A stretch of DNA of 64,000 nucleotides from Candidatus Poseidoniales archaeon (GTDB lineage Archaea; Thermoplasmatota; Poseidoniia; Poseidoniales; Poseidoniaceae), in NCBI GenBank assembly GCA_038105035.1, contig JAYOBT010000003.1, positions 4,379-68,378 on the forward strand, read 5' to 3'. This document shows positions 19,801 to 29,170 of the stretch, one piece after another. A program made the translations under genes and the position numbers. Each line of letters opens with the position of its first letter. Position 1 is the first letter of the stretch. Under the pieces are notes generated by a model, which did not search any database, had not been told where the DNA came from, and saw only the letters and a list, made by a program, of their open reading frames with translations.

Positions 19801-20114
19801 GGGATGATGCATCGCATGTCAGCCTCGTTCTCGATATGCAGGACACGCCCCATCTACTCTCCAAAGGTCTTGCCCGTGATATCACGCGAAGAATTCAATC
19901 AAAACGCAAGGATATGGACTTGGAGATTGAAGCCATGATTGATGTTGAAGTATGGATGAAAGGTGCTCCTGAACTGTTCGAAGACGATCAATCATGGATT
20001 GCCAAAGAAACGCGGGCTTCAGGCATTGCCTTCAGTGAAGAACAACCACCTGCTGAGGTGGAGTCCTTCGATGTTGATGGTGCTGAAGTCTCCTATCGTG
20101 TAAAGAAGGTTTGA
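16839..20114 (+). CDS. ileS: Isoleucine--tRNA ligase (type 2)
   Basis: EGPPTANG.PGIHH, GWDTHGLPVE, WTTTPWTLP, DGTGVVH, DWAISRERYWG, EGVDQTRGWF and KMSKS. Confidence 0.97.
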   Translation: MVRPNPAGELDAVALETALLESWKNEQTFQQSIDSNRTGAPFIFLEGPPTANGKPGIHHVVARAYKDLVCRWKTMEGFLVERKGGWDTHGLPVEIEVQKRLDLMSNEAIEEFGMQAFNDACRESVWTYESAWREMTERMAYWVDLDNPYVTLHNDYVESCWWALKQMFDKDLLYRGHKVLPYCPQTGTSYSSHEVALGYKEVEEPSVYVKFKLVDDSASILAWTTTPWTLPGNVGLAVGPDVTYARCRVREEPEGWQGRGGASVGEELILAKDLMGEVLRHHVDIIEEIPGSSLVGKSYEPLFPDAVPRGDSTTAWTVLSADWVTTTDGTGVVHTAVMYGEDDYNLGMEVGLPAYHTVNMEGNFVDGVHPELDGRYVKSCDESVMDILVGQSDSIDSGLLYREKSYLHDYPHCWRTDHPLLYYAMDSWFVRMTAVKERLLEFNDGVEWAPDWVGEGRFGEWLRNVKDWAISRERYWGTPLPVWRDEDGNMKCIGSIAELQAEVAKANAAGFENPECPDDVDLHRPVVDAFTLVSDDGKPMHREPFVMDCWFDSGCAPFAQWHHPFDENKTFDASFPVDYICEGVDQTRGWFYTLLAVSTTVFDSPAYKRCLSLGLILDAEGKKMSKSRGNIVDPWDHFNREGADATRWYMVTAGAPWNPLKFDSNGVRETYAKMFLTLWNVYRFHADYAALDAFDPASSASTYENRSRLDRWILSKLHTTAKAYHEGFTNWNFHKACRELEDFIVNDLSNWYVRRSRRRLWDEAESGDKLACQHTLHELLVTLCRLIAPVSPFMVDTIHRNLTGETVHTAAWPLGTPGSTEGATADAWDEDLVAATEQLPPHNAGLEHEMALVRELAETGRRIRIDAQRRQRLPCAEGWIVAGPNLEAYHDLLCEELNVESISVETDLDRFQQVELGVNFRALAPRAKGDVNAIAGQIKNHSDQDALLADIRNGSCTIMGVDILESDVEVRRAEREGYAAATITVGEGDDASHVSLVLDMQDTPHLLSKGLARDITRRIQSKRKDMDLEIEAMIDVEVWMKGAPELFEDDQSWIAKETRASGIAFSEEQPPAEVESFDVDGAEVSYRVKKV

Positions 20115-20123
20115 GGTAGAAAC

Positions 20124-20888
20124 ATGCGGGTGATTTCGCTCGTTCCTAGCCTTACTTTGACACTTGCTGAATTGGGTCTCGACAGGTCACAACTTGTCGG
20201 TCGAACACCGTGGTGCATCCATCCTGAATCCTTTGTTCAAGATGTTCCAATCGTTGGTGGAACAAAAACACCCTCTCTCGCTAAAATACGCAATGCTAGA
20301 CCAGATCTTGTCGTTTTGGATCGAGAAGAGAATCCAAAGGAGTTCTATGATGCGTTAATTGAACTGGGTATTGAGGTCTATGTGAGCACGGTTGAGCATC
20401 CAAATGAGGTTCCTGAAATGCTTATTGAATTAGGACAATTATTGAACCTCGAGACAAAAGCCGTGCAACTTGCTCAAGAGATTCGCGCTGAACTTTCTTC
20501 AGATTTCGATTCAGGTCCAACCATTTTGCCAATGATTTGGCATGACCCATTGATGGCGGTTGCGCCAACGAAGTATGCTGGAGCTTTGCTCGAATGTTGT
20601 GGATTCAAGGTCCCAAATCTCGAGCCAAACGGGAACGGTTACCCCGTTGTCACGCCTGAAGCCATCCAATCGCACGGCGTTGAAGGCTTGTTGTTGTCGA
20701 GTGAACCGCACGAGTTTTCCAAACAAGAAGGCGAGGTGATATGCGATGCTGTTGAAGCGTTGGGTGGACCAAGACCGTGGACACGATGCATCGATGGTGA
20801 GGCTTTGACATGGTTTGGTAGCCATACATTGCTCGGACTTCGGACCTTCAACGCCCTTTGCAAGGATTTGAAAACAGCCGACGAGTAG
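20124..20888 (+). CDS. Helical-backbone metal receptor (BtuF/TroA-like, cobalamin/iron-binding fold)
   Basis: RVISLVPS.T..L, VGRT.WCIHP, VGGTK.P, PDLV..DREEN, LSSEP..F and DGE...WFG. No signal peptide. Confidence 0.8.
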   Translation: MRVISLVPSLTLTLAELGLDRSQLVGRTPWCIHPESFVQDVPIVGGTKTPSLAKIRNARPDLVVLDREENPKEFYDALIELGIEVYVSTVEHPNEVPEMLIELGQLLNLETKAVQLAQEIRAELSSDFDSGPTILPMIWHDPLMAVAPTKYAGALLECCGFKVPNLEPNGNGYPVVTPEAIQSHGVEGLLLSSEPHEFSKQEGEVICDAVEALGGPRPWTRCIDGEALTWFGSHTLLGLRTFNALCKDLKTADE

Positions 20889-20895
20889 GCTTGTC

Positions 20896-22299
20896 ATGCG
20901 CAGAGTCATTCTCGCCATGATGCTGGTCAGTAGCATGGTCCTTGCAGGTTGTTTCGGTGACGGTGAAGCCATCGTTGAAACCGAGGAAATCAAGCCAGTG
21001 TGGGACGACTATGTCCTCATCGATGAGCAAACACACGAGATGCCGCGTGAGTTCATGACCCTCGATTTACGAACAAACGAAACCACAAACATGACCTGGG
21101 CGGTCTTTGATGAATCGAAAGGGGGCAACTGCTGTGAGCATTACATCGCCACAACCATACAAGGTTCCATCCTGAACATAGGCGGAGAATACCCAGTATG
21201 GTCGGTCGACCGGGGCCACGAATGGGACACATGGATTCCAGGAGTCACGCCTGATCTTCAATGCAGAACGTTCGTGCCCACAAATCCAGGAACGGAAGGT
21301 CTCGGAGAGGGAAGCATTGTTCAAGCGACCAATGGTGACATCATTTCCATGTCCTGGTTCCCGTACGTCGGCGGCGATCTCAAACTCGACAAATTCTACG
21401 CCATTCTCTACGACGATTCCGAGATGGAGTGGAAATGGTGCTACAACAGAATTACAGAACCGTTCTACGACAGAAGCTGGCAAGTCGAAGTGGTTGGTCC
21501 AATCTCATCGAGTATCGGAAATGGAGAATGGGCGTCGCTTGTCATTTCCAATTTCTGGCATCAAACGCAGAATGCTGGGGGGCAAATATCCGTTGATGGT
21601 CTGAATTACTATCCCATTCAATTCCCAGGTCGATCATCGTCACAACCGGATATTGAAGTCGATTTTGACTTCACCAACGCCTCACTTGATTTCTATTGGG
21701 ATGTAAATAAACCGCACAAAGAAATGCGTGCTTTCGCTGTCCCGAGTGGTGGACTGCTCTTCCCGCAATACTTTGACAACGGAAACGCAGCTTTCCTCGA
21801 CACAACGCTATCCTGGAACGAAGTGTCCACGCAATTCCCAAGCGAATACTGTCAGATTGACATGACTGGCACCATCCATTGTGTTGCCAACGCAGGTACA
21901 ACGTTCACGCATTACACCTCACAAGACGGTGCACTTTCATGGGACAACTACACCTATGACCTTGGCAATGAGGCTTCAAGCATCGAGGAATGGGAATTCC
22001 AAGCGAATGGCGAGCACGACCTCTTTGTGTTGAACGTTCGATACCAATCCAGTGAAGGTCCAGATGTTGATGTTCTGTTCCACACTCGAGGTTACAGTGA
22101 AGATCTCAGCCCAGACACCATGACGTACATTGGTCAAGGTGATCTTGATTCGACATCGGGTGCTGGAAACGACATTCGATTCGACTTCGCAAGTTTGGCG
22201 ATTCTTCGAGATGGTGGTGTCGTCGTCGCCTACCATGATTCAACGCACGTAGACCCATTGTTTGCTGTAGAATTGAACATGCCAGATTACCAAGAATAG
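20896..22299 (+). CDS. Hypothetical lipoprotein (beta-rich, possibly propeller fold)
   Basis: Signal peptide with lipobox VLAGC; acidic, beta-rich sequence; Asp-box-like SVDRGHEW and SQDGALSW. Confidence 0.65.
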   Translation: MRRVILAMMLVSSMVLAGCFGDGEAIVETEEIKPVWDDYVLIDEQTHEMPREFMTLDLRTNETTNMTWAVFDESKGGNCCEHYIATTIQGSILNIGGEYPVWSVDRGHEWDTWIPGVTPDLQCRTFVPTNPGTEGLGEGSIVQATNGDIISMSWFPYVGGDLKLDKFYAILYDDSEMEWKWCYNRITEPFYDRSWQVEVVGPISSSIGNGEWASLVISNFWHQTQNAGGQISVDGLNYYPIQFPGRSSSQPDIEVDFDFTNASLDFYWDVNKPHKEMRAFAVPSGGLLFPQYFDNGNAAFLDTTLSWNEVSTQFPSEYCQIDMTGTIHCVANAGTTFTHYTSQDGALSWDNYTYDLGNEASSIEEWEFQANGEHDLFVLNVRYQSSEGPDVDVLFHTRGYSEDLSPDTMTYIGQGDLDSTSGAGNDIRFDFASLAILRDGGVVVAYHDSTHVDPLFAVELNMPDYQE

Positions 22300-22349
22300 C
22301 GTCGAGGCGAGGGTTATCCTCAAAAGCCCTTGACAAACCATGTTGCTTG

Positions 22350-24341
22350 ATGGTGCTTAGCAATCTGCCTGGAATTGGCGAACGATTGATGAAACGTTTG
22401 GACAACCACTTCGGCGGTCGTCATGAGTTGATCAAGACGCTCGAATCGGGCGACATATCTCGGATAGCCGAAGTCGAAGGCATATCGATCAAACGAGCCC
22501 TGTCCCTTGCCCGTGAATACAATGGTGCAGAGACATCGTTTCTTGCGACCCCTGAAGCGGAGAAATTGCATGCACAACTCGTCGCTTCGCTTCAGAAATT
22601 TTCGTCCAATACTGCTAGTTCGTCCAGAATGCAGATGTTGATGCCACTCCATCAAATTGAGGAGCGACGCATTCGTTGCCAACTGATGTTGGATTTTGCA
22701 AAGGAAGCGCCTGATGCCTTTGCTCATCTTCGCACCCTGCTCAAGGACTTGAGTTACACTCGACGTCCAACCCAACGATATGAGAGAGTGATCGTCAGCC
22801 AACAGGAACACGCAGAGTGGGCTTCTTACGTCCGTATCCTCACACCGAGTGCTCAAGAGACATGGAAGGATTACACCGTCTTCAAATCCGTGACCTGGGT
22901 TGGTCGCCATGGACCTGAAGAGTTACCTCCTGGTTGGCTGGTGCTTCCTGAAACAGGACGAACCGACGTGATGGTGCCTGAATTTACACTTGATTGGTTC
23001 ACCAACAATCGAAAAGCATTGAAGGTTCTTCTCGACCTGATGCAATGGAAAAACGAAGGAAATGGAGACATTCATGCAACTCTCAAGACCATCTTTTCTG
23101 AAACAGACGGGCTTGAACAACTGGCCAGTGTATTTGCGATGATGAGTGATTCTGGTGACGTCGAAGCGATGGAAGAAATCCGTGATGGGCTTTGGAACAT
23201 GGCCAAACGAATGGAGGAAGACCTCAACCAGCGTATTTCAGCAGGAATGGAAACCGCTTCACTGGATTTATCAGGCTCGGATATGCTTGAAGCGTTGGCC
23301 GATGCTGCAACATTCCAACGAAAACTTGCATCAGCCACCGAAGATGTCATCGCCGATATCCTCGAACAAGGGCGGAACGAATTTTCAGCCTACTTGGAAT
23401 CCAGTGGGCTACAAGCACCGTTCGATCTCTACGCCTCAAATTGGCCCGTCAAGCTCAACCGCTCTGTTCTTGACAAAATCAACGACGAACTTGAGCGCCG
23501 AATCAACGATAGCAGGAACGACCATTTGCTTCGTCTTGCAACCAAACTTGCCGACCTCAAACCCAAGTGCGAGACAGCAATCCAAAGGCTCGTTGAGCAT
23601 GATATGTGGTACAGCATTGCTTCTTGGGCCATGCATCACAAAGCACAGCTTCCTGAGTTGGTGCATCATGGGATTTGGTTCGAAGATGGGCGACATCTCT
23701 TCATCGAGGGGGATGTACAACCCGTGAATTACGGTCTCGGGAGTGCGGCGCCAAAAGGTGATCAACAACCTATTGCGCTCCTTACTGGTGCAAACAGCGG
23801 TGGGAAAACAACACTCTTGGAATTGGTCGCCCACATAACGATTCTTGCTCACATGGGGCTCCCTGTCCCCGCAATGAATGCCTTTGTTGGTCGTGTTGAA
23901 GCACTACACGTGCTCGCTAAATCAAGCGGAACGCAAAGTGCGGGTGCGCTCGAAACCACGTTGGTTGACCTTGCCAATGTTGTCAGCAACGATCAACCAA
24001 AACTCATCCTAGCAGATGAACTTGAAGCCATCACTGAACCTGGTGCAGGAGCACGAATTATTGCCGGAATGTTGCGGGCTGCACAACAGCAATCCGATTC
24101 GAGCATGGTGCTTGTCACGCATCTCGCACCGGCAATCCTTGAAGCATACGGGAACGATGATTTGCGCATCGATGGAATTGAAGCCAACGGTCTTGATGAG
24201 CACCTCGAGTTGATGGTCGATCGTACTCCGAAGCGTAATTGCCTCGCACGATCAACACCAGAATTGATTGTTCGCCGACTGGTTGAACGATCTTCAGGTG
24301 ACGCAAAGAACGTGTTCAGTGACATTTTGTCGTTGTTCTGA
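22350..24341 (+). CDS. MutS-family ATPase with N-terminal helix-hairpin-helix (archaeal MutS-like)
   Basis: LPGIG and VEGIS HhH motifs; LTGANSGGKTT Walker A; SAGALE; LILADELEA Walker B; VTH. Confidence 0.88.
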   Translation: MVLSNLPGIGERLMKRLDNHFGGRHELIKTLESGDISRIAEVEGISIKRALSLAREYNGAETSFLATPEAEKLHAQLVASLQKFSSNTASSSRMQMLMPLHQIEERRIRCQLMLDFAKEAPDAFAHLRTLLKDLSYTRRPTQRYERVIVSQQEHAEWASYVRILTPSAQETWKDYTVFKSVTWVGRHGPEELPPGWLVLPETGRTDVMVPEFTLDWFTNNRKALKVLLDLMQWKNEGNGDIHATLKTIFSETDGLEQLASVFAMMSDSGDVEAMEEIRDGLWNMAKRMEEDLNQRISAGMETASLDLSGSDMLEALADAATFQRKLASATEDVIADILEQGRNEFSAYLESSGLQAPFDLYASNWPVKLNRSVLDKINDELERRINDSRNDHLLRLATKLADLKPKCETAIQRLVEHDMWYSIASWAMHHKAQLPELVHHGIWFEDGRHLFIEGDVQPVNYGLGSAAPKGDQQPIALLTGANSGGKTTLLELVAHITILAHMGLPVPAMNAFVGRVEALHVLAKSSGTQSAGALETTLVDLANVVSNDQPKLILADELEAITEPGAGARIIAGMLRAAQQQSDSSMVLVTHLAPAILEAYGNDDLRIDGIEANGLDEHLELMVDRTPKRNCLARSTPELIVRRLVERSSGDAKNVFSDILSLF

Positions 24342-24343
24342 GG

Positions 24344-26143
24344 CTAGCATTGGCGTCCGCCATCTGAGGAGTAGTCAAGCATTGGTGCTTGGAAGAGATC
24401 TTCACATGATCGCTCAATCAGCGGCAAAGTCAGGGTGCTTTGCGACCAATCAATTGTCACTGCTCCAGAGGCGGCTGGTGAAGGCACGTAGTCTTCCCCA
24501 GTCTGGGTCACTTGGAGAATGATGCCTTCTCCTTCCTGAAGAACAACATCCATCGGCATGAATTCCATCATAGCGGTAACAGATGCGAACGGAACAAGCA
24601 CTTCCTGACCGTTTCGTCCCCCTGCATGATATCGAAGATCCATTACGGCATGACCGAGATGCATTCCCGTTCCATCCGTCATCTCGATGAAGAGATGACC
24701 TCCGGTCAATCCAGGGGTCGCATCGATGTGGAAGGTTGGCATTCCGATGATCCGCGTTTCTTCATCAAATGGTCCGTAACTCAGGGTGACTGAACTCGAT
24801 CCTGAAACTGTTGAGCCAGTCGGTGAAAGGTCGCTTCCTGTTAAGACAAGGTTCTCAACATCCATTGGAGGGTAGGTCTGTTCAAATCGCCATCCTCCTC
24901 GATTGTCCTGCATTTCTACACCAAGGGTTGGTGCTCGACCTTCGCCTTTGAGATACCAATCAAACCAATACAGCATTTCGTCAGCCCAATCCCAACGAAG
25001 CGTGTATGGATAGGCTTCCGCTCCACGTCCTACACCTTGCGAAGAATGTCCTTCGACTCGGTCAGGGTAATCATGAGCCCATTGTCCTGCAAGTGTCTTG
25101 ATTTCAATACCAGCATCAGCGACCTGCTGATGAACTGGGAAGGACATGTGAGGATCGACGTTCCAATCCTGCATGCCTTGAATTAGATATACAGACCCAT
25201 TGTAATTCTGAAGGACACGATCAAGGAAAGAGCGTTCCGTCCAATAGGTGTTACCAGCATAATCAACCATACCCCCGCTGAGATAAGCTGCTGGGCCGTT
25301 CACATAACCCTGAATGTAACCCTCACAAAGCGTGTGACTGTCTTCGGTATCACCATCGATTCCAAACGAGCCGTAGACACCATTGTGCATAATCATGCCA
25401 CGAGCCTCCATGCTACCGTTTCTCCACATCAATTCATGAACGCCAATCAGTCCTGACATTGGTACGATGGTTGCAAGATGTGGGTTTCCAAATGTCGCCG
25501 CTTGCCATGGTGTTGAACCATCGTAGGATTTTCCGATGATGCCAACGTTACCATTTGACCATGATTGGGTGCCAAGCCAGGTCACTGCGGCATCGATACC
25601 ACGTTGCTCATCCGTACCCATCAAGTCCATGCAATGATTTGATTCGCCCGTTCCAAACACGGAAACTTGAGCAACACCATATCCATGTGGAACGTAGTTC
25701 TCAATCAGCATGCGACCCAACCGATTGGCAGGTGTGGTGGCATCAACATCACCGTCGCTGTAATACGGCCCAATTTCGGCGATAACTGGAACTTGACAAT
25801 CCGAACTCAAATTTTCTGTTGATGAATAATCGCATCCGTCGATAACAGGCAACCACAATCCAAGGTGAACTTCTGCGCCACCTGCTGCACCTGCACCTCC
25901 ATCTGCAAGCGTAATGCTTGGAACAGAGACAAAGACAGACTGCACGGAGCCGATATCGTACGTACCATTTACGGTAACTCTAGAAAAGACGTCAGTGTTG
26001 TCGTATTCGAGATTGGAACGATCCCACGGTTCGGGATAAACTGCCTCTGATGCATCGCCTATGTTGTTTTGTAAATCCTCTCCAAAACATCCTGAAAGAA
26101 TGGATGGTAGGAGGAAAATCAACAGCATGGATATGCTTCGCAT
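24344..26143 (-). CDS. CocE/NonD family (S15, Xaa-Pro dipeptidyl-peptidase-like) hydrolase, lipoprotein
   Basis: Lipobox [24 protein letters not shown] (nucleophile GxSYxG); DWNV; GQWAH. Confidence 0.88.
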   Translation of the reverse strand: MRSISMLLIFLLPSILSGCFGEDLQNNIGDASEAVYPEPWDRSNLEYDNTDVFSRVTVNGTYDIGSVQSVFVSVPSITLADGGAGAAGGAEVHLGLWLPVIDGCDYSSTENLSSDCQVPVIAEIGPYYSDGDVDATTPANRLGRMLIENYVPHGYGVAQVSVFGTGESNHCMDLMGTDEQRGIDAAVTWLGTQSWSNGNVGIIGKSYDGSTPWQAATFGNPHLATIVPMSGLIGVHELMWRNGSMEARGMIMHNGVYGSFGIDGDTEDSHTLCEGYIQGYVNGPAAYLSGGMVDYAGNTYWTERSFLDRVLQNYNGSVYLIQGMQDWNVDPHMSFPVHQQVADAGIEIKTLAGQWAHDYPDRVEGHSSQGVGRGAEAYPYTLRWDWADEMLYWFDWYLKGEGRAPTLGVEMQDNRGGWRFEQTYPPMDVENLVLTGSDLSPTGSTVSGSSSVTLSYGPFDEETRIIGMPTFHIDATPGLTGGHLFIEMTDGTGMHLGHAVMDLRYHAGGRNGQEVLVPFASVTAMMEFMPMDVVLQEGEGIILQVTQTGEDYVPSPAASGAVTIDWSQSTLTLPLIERSCEDLFQAPMLDYSSDGGRQC

Positions 26144-26183
26144 TGTCCTTGCGTTACAAATCCGACATAAGACGCTTTTCGCC

Positions 26184-26558
26184 TTATGCTACGTCTTCAG
26201 ATTCCCGCGCTTCGAGTTCGGCGCGAACTTCATCCATGTCCAAGACTTGGAGTTTCGTAATCAAATCCTTGAGCGCTTCTTCCGGAAGTGCGCCAGGTTG
26301 CATGAATACCCCAATTCCATCCTTGAATGCAATTGTTGTTGGGATGGAACGGATGCCAAACGAACCCGCTAGCGCTTGCTCGACTTCTGTATCGACTTTC
26401 GCAAAAACGACATCAGGGAATTCCTCAGAAACACGCTCGAAGACGGGACCATAAGCACGACATGGCCCGCACCATTCGGCCCAAAAATCGATAATCACGA
26501 GGTTGTTCTCCTCGATGATGTTGTTGAATGAGGCCTCTTGCATTTCCACGGTCGCCAT
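26184..26558 (-). CDS. trxA: Thioredoxin
   Basis: [14 protein letters not shown] and IRSIPT. Confidence 0.96.
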   Translation of the reverse strand: MATVEMQEASFNNIIEENNLVIIDFWAEWCGPCRAYGPVFERVSEEFPDVVFAKVDTEVEQALAGSFGIRSIPTTIAFKDGIGVFMQPGALPEEALKDLITKLQVLDMDEVRAELEARESEDVA

Positions 26559-26650
26559 ACTAGGGGCTCTCGCTCACAGTATAAGTGCTCATGCATTTTA
26601 CCTGAGTAGCGAATCGACGGATTGATGTGCTGTCCAGTCGAGCGCGGGGC

Positions 26651-29170
26651 ATGAGCAGACTCATGACAATCGTGACCGCATTTCTGTTCCTCAGCGTTCT
26701 TGTGATTCCGCAAGGTGTTTCTGAGGAGACCGCAGATGACGGTGCTACAACACCTTCCATCATCATTTCAGAAGTTCTCGCATCGCCAAATGGGATGAAA
26801 AACAACGAAACGTGCTCGAATTGTTACAACGCAACGGATTGGAACGGTGACGGAGAATACGGAAAATTTTCGGATCAGTTCATTGAATTGCATAACCCAA
26901 CCGACCAAGCCATCAACATCTCAGATTGGGTTTTGGACGATATTGCAGACGGAGGTAGCGCTCCCTGTCAATTGGCACGCAACACGATTCTCCAGCCTGG
27001 AGAATATGTTTCAGTCTTCATCAATGCTTCCCGTATCGAATTGGATTACTACGATGGAGATACCGTGAATCTCTACGATGTCGACGGCACGTTGGTGGAT
27101 TCCTTGTCCTATCCGGACCGTGATTCATGGTACGGGAACTCCTACATTCCACTCGACAATGGGACCATTTGGAAGGTTCGACCACCTACACCGGGCTATG
27201 CTCCAGACGAATCATTCGATGTCGCCCAGAACATGATCGGTTGCTTTGGAATCAGTGACGGTGGATTTGTTGAATCCATGCTCCTCAAAGGTAGAGTCGT
27301 CACCATGAACAACGAAGCTGATGTCATCAACGAAGGTCGTGTCTTGATTCGTGACGGTAAAATTGAGGCTGTGTGGGGTGGAGACAACATTCCACAGAAC
27401 GTCGACCTTACCGATGTTCAAATCGTTGAAACAAACGGTACCATTTACCCGGGATTGATCGATTCGCACAACCACATGCATTACAACCACATTCCTTTGT
27501 GGGATTTCGAGGTCCACACCTCCGTGAAATCAGAGGAAGGCGGTTACTCAAATCGGAACCAGTGGAAGAACAATCCGAACTACAAACGGGACATTTCTTG
27601 GATGAAGACCTTCGTTCAAACCGCTTCGATGTGGAACATGGCCGATCAACAAATGAAGTACGCAGAGGTCATGGCTGTCGCTGGAGGCGTGACGGCTGTC
27701 CAGGGTTCACCCTCAAGCAACACCGACGCTTGGGACAGTATGCTCTCACGAAACATCGAATTGTACAATTTTGGTGGCGATGGCATCCACACCAAGGTGA
27801 CTACCCTTGAATCCGATTATATGGGAAGCCACATCACATCAGGTAACAACAGTGGAAGTTTGAATGCGTGGTACCTCCATCTATCCGAAGGCGTCGATGA
27901 ATCAAGCCGTGCAGAATTCGACATCCTTGTCCAAAACAACCTCTTGGTTGGCGAATTGGTCGTCGTTCATGGGACTGCGCTCACATCTGTTGAATTCCAA
28001 AAGATGGGTGAAGTTGGTGCCGACCTCGCATGGTCGCCACTGTCGAACCTCTTGTTGTACGGAGACACAACCGATGTGGTAGCTGCCGACCAGGCTGGCG
28101 TTCGAATTTCACTCGCACCTGATTGGGGGCCAAGTGGTTCGAAAAATGTTCTCCATGAAATGAAGGTCGCAGATATGTGGAATACGAACAACCTCAATTC
28201 CTACTTCTCTGATTACGACCTTGCTACCATGGTTACGAAAAACCCTGCTCTTGCCAACAACTGGGATGATTCTGTTGGGACCATCAACGCTGGACTCTAC
28301 GCTGATCTTGTCGTTCTGGACACGTTCCACCAAGACCCGTATCGGAACCTTATCGAAGCCATCGATGCAGATGTACGACTGACCATCGTCAACGGACAAC
28401 CTGTCTTTGGTGATGTTGACATCATGGCCGAACTCAAGGGTGACGATTGGGAGCTCGTCGAAGGACCTGGTTTCAACAAGGCAGTGGATGTTACGGATCG
28501 ATCGGTCACTGAAGGAACACAATCTTGGTCAAGCATTCTTGCGGACATGGAGATGGCCATGGCACTCAATTCTGAGGATATTGCTGCAACATGGTCATCG
28601 AGTACGGACAGTTATTCGTCCATGCAAAGCAACGTCTTGAACAACATCTTCACGACTGGCGATACACGTCACTTTGGCATCATTACACAATCCACTCATG
28701 CCAACACCCATATCGATTTGACACAGCTGGAGAATTACTACGAAGTTCCGATGAACAATGGTGAGCGAACTGGGGTGAACGTTGTTCTTGAACCACAAGA
28801 TAACACCGGAGGTTCAACCATCGACCCAGTGGATGAAACTCCAACCGGAGAGACAAATCAAGAAAACGAAACTACTGGTGGGACTGAAACAGGAAGAGAT
28901 TCAGAATGTCCACCAAACTGCATCCTCGGAGAAGATGTCGAAGATGCATCATCTGAAGGTTCTTCCCTCATCGGCCCTCAGTCGCTTCTGATTCTTGTAT
29001 CGTTGTTGCTGCTTGTAGCCATTGGCTTGTTGACAAGAGGAAGTGACGAGGATATGGAAATGGGTGCAGACCAAACGGTCATGATCGAAAACCAATGGCA
29101 AGATGAAACGAAACAATTCGTTCCAGAATTGCCTCCGCTCTCTGCTCCACCTTCTTCGGAAGAAGAGTGA
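26651..29170 (+). CDS. Secreted, C-terminally anchored amidohydrolase with an N-terminal lamin-tail domain
   Basis: Signal peptide; IIISEV..P..DWNGDG..QFIELHN..ISDW..PTPG (lamin-tail); YPGLIDSHNH, HLSEG, VHG, WSPLSN, PDW and G..ADLVV; C-terminal TM and Pro-rich tail. Confidence 0.85.
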   Translation: MSRLMTIVTAFLFLSVLVIPQGVSEETADDGATTPSIIISEVLASPNGMKNNETCSNCYNATDWNGDGEYGKFSDQFIELHNPTDQAINISDWVLDDIADGGSAPCQLARNTILQPGEYVSVFINASRIELDYYDGDTVNLYDVDGTLVDSLSYPDRDSWYGNSYIPLDNGTIWKVRPPTPGYAPDESFDVAQNMIGCFGISDGGFVESMLLKGRVVTMNNEADVINEGRVLIRDGKIEAVWGGDNIPQNVDLTDVQIVETNGTIYPGLIDSHNHMHYNHIPLWDFEVHTSVKSEEGGYSNRNQWKNNPNYKRDISWMKTFVQTASMWNMADQQMKYAEVMAVAGGVTAVQGSPSSNTDAWDSMLSRNIELYNFGGDGIHTKVTTLESDYMGSHITSGNNSGSLNAWYLHLSEGVDESSRAEFDILVQNNLLVGELVVVHGTALTSVEFQKMGEVGADLAWSPLSNLLLYGDTTDVVAADQAGVRISLAPDWGPSGSKNVLHEMKVADMWNTNNLNSYFSDYDLATMVTKNPALANNWDDSVGTINAGLYADLVVLDTFHQDPYRNLIEAIDADVRLTIVNGQPVFGDVDIMAELKGDDWELVEGPGFNKAVDVTDRSVTEGTQSWSSILADMEMAMALNSEDIAATWSSSTDSYSSMQSNVLNNIFTTGDTRHFGIITQSTHANTHIDLTQLENYYEVPMNNGERTGVNVVLEPQDNTGGSTIDPVDETPTGETNQENETTGGTETGRDSECPPNCILGEDVEDASSEGSSLIGPQSLLILVSLLLLVAIGLLTRGSDEDMEMGADQTVMIENQWQDETKQFVPELPPLSAPPSSEEE

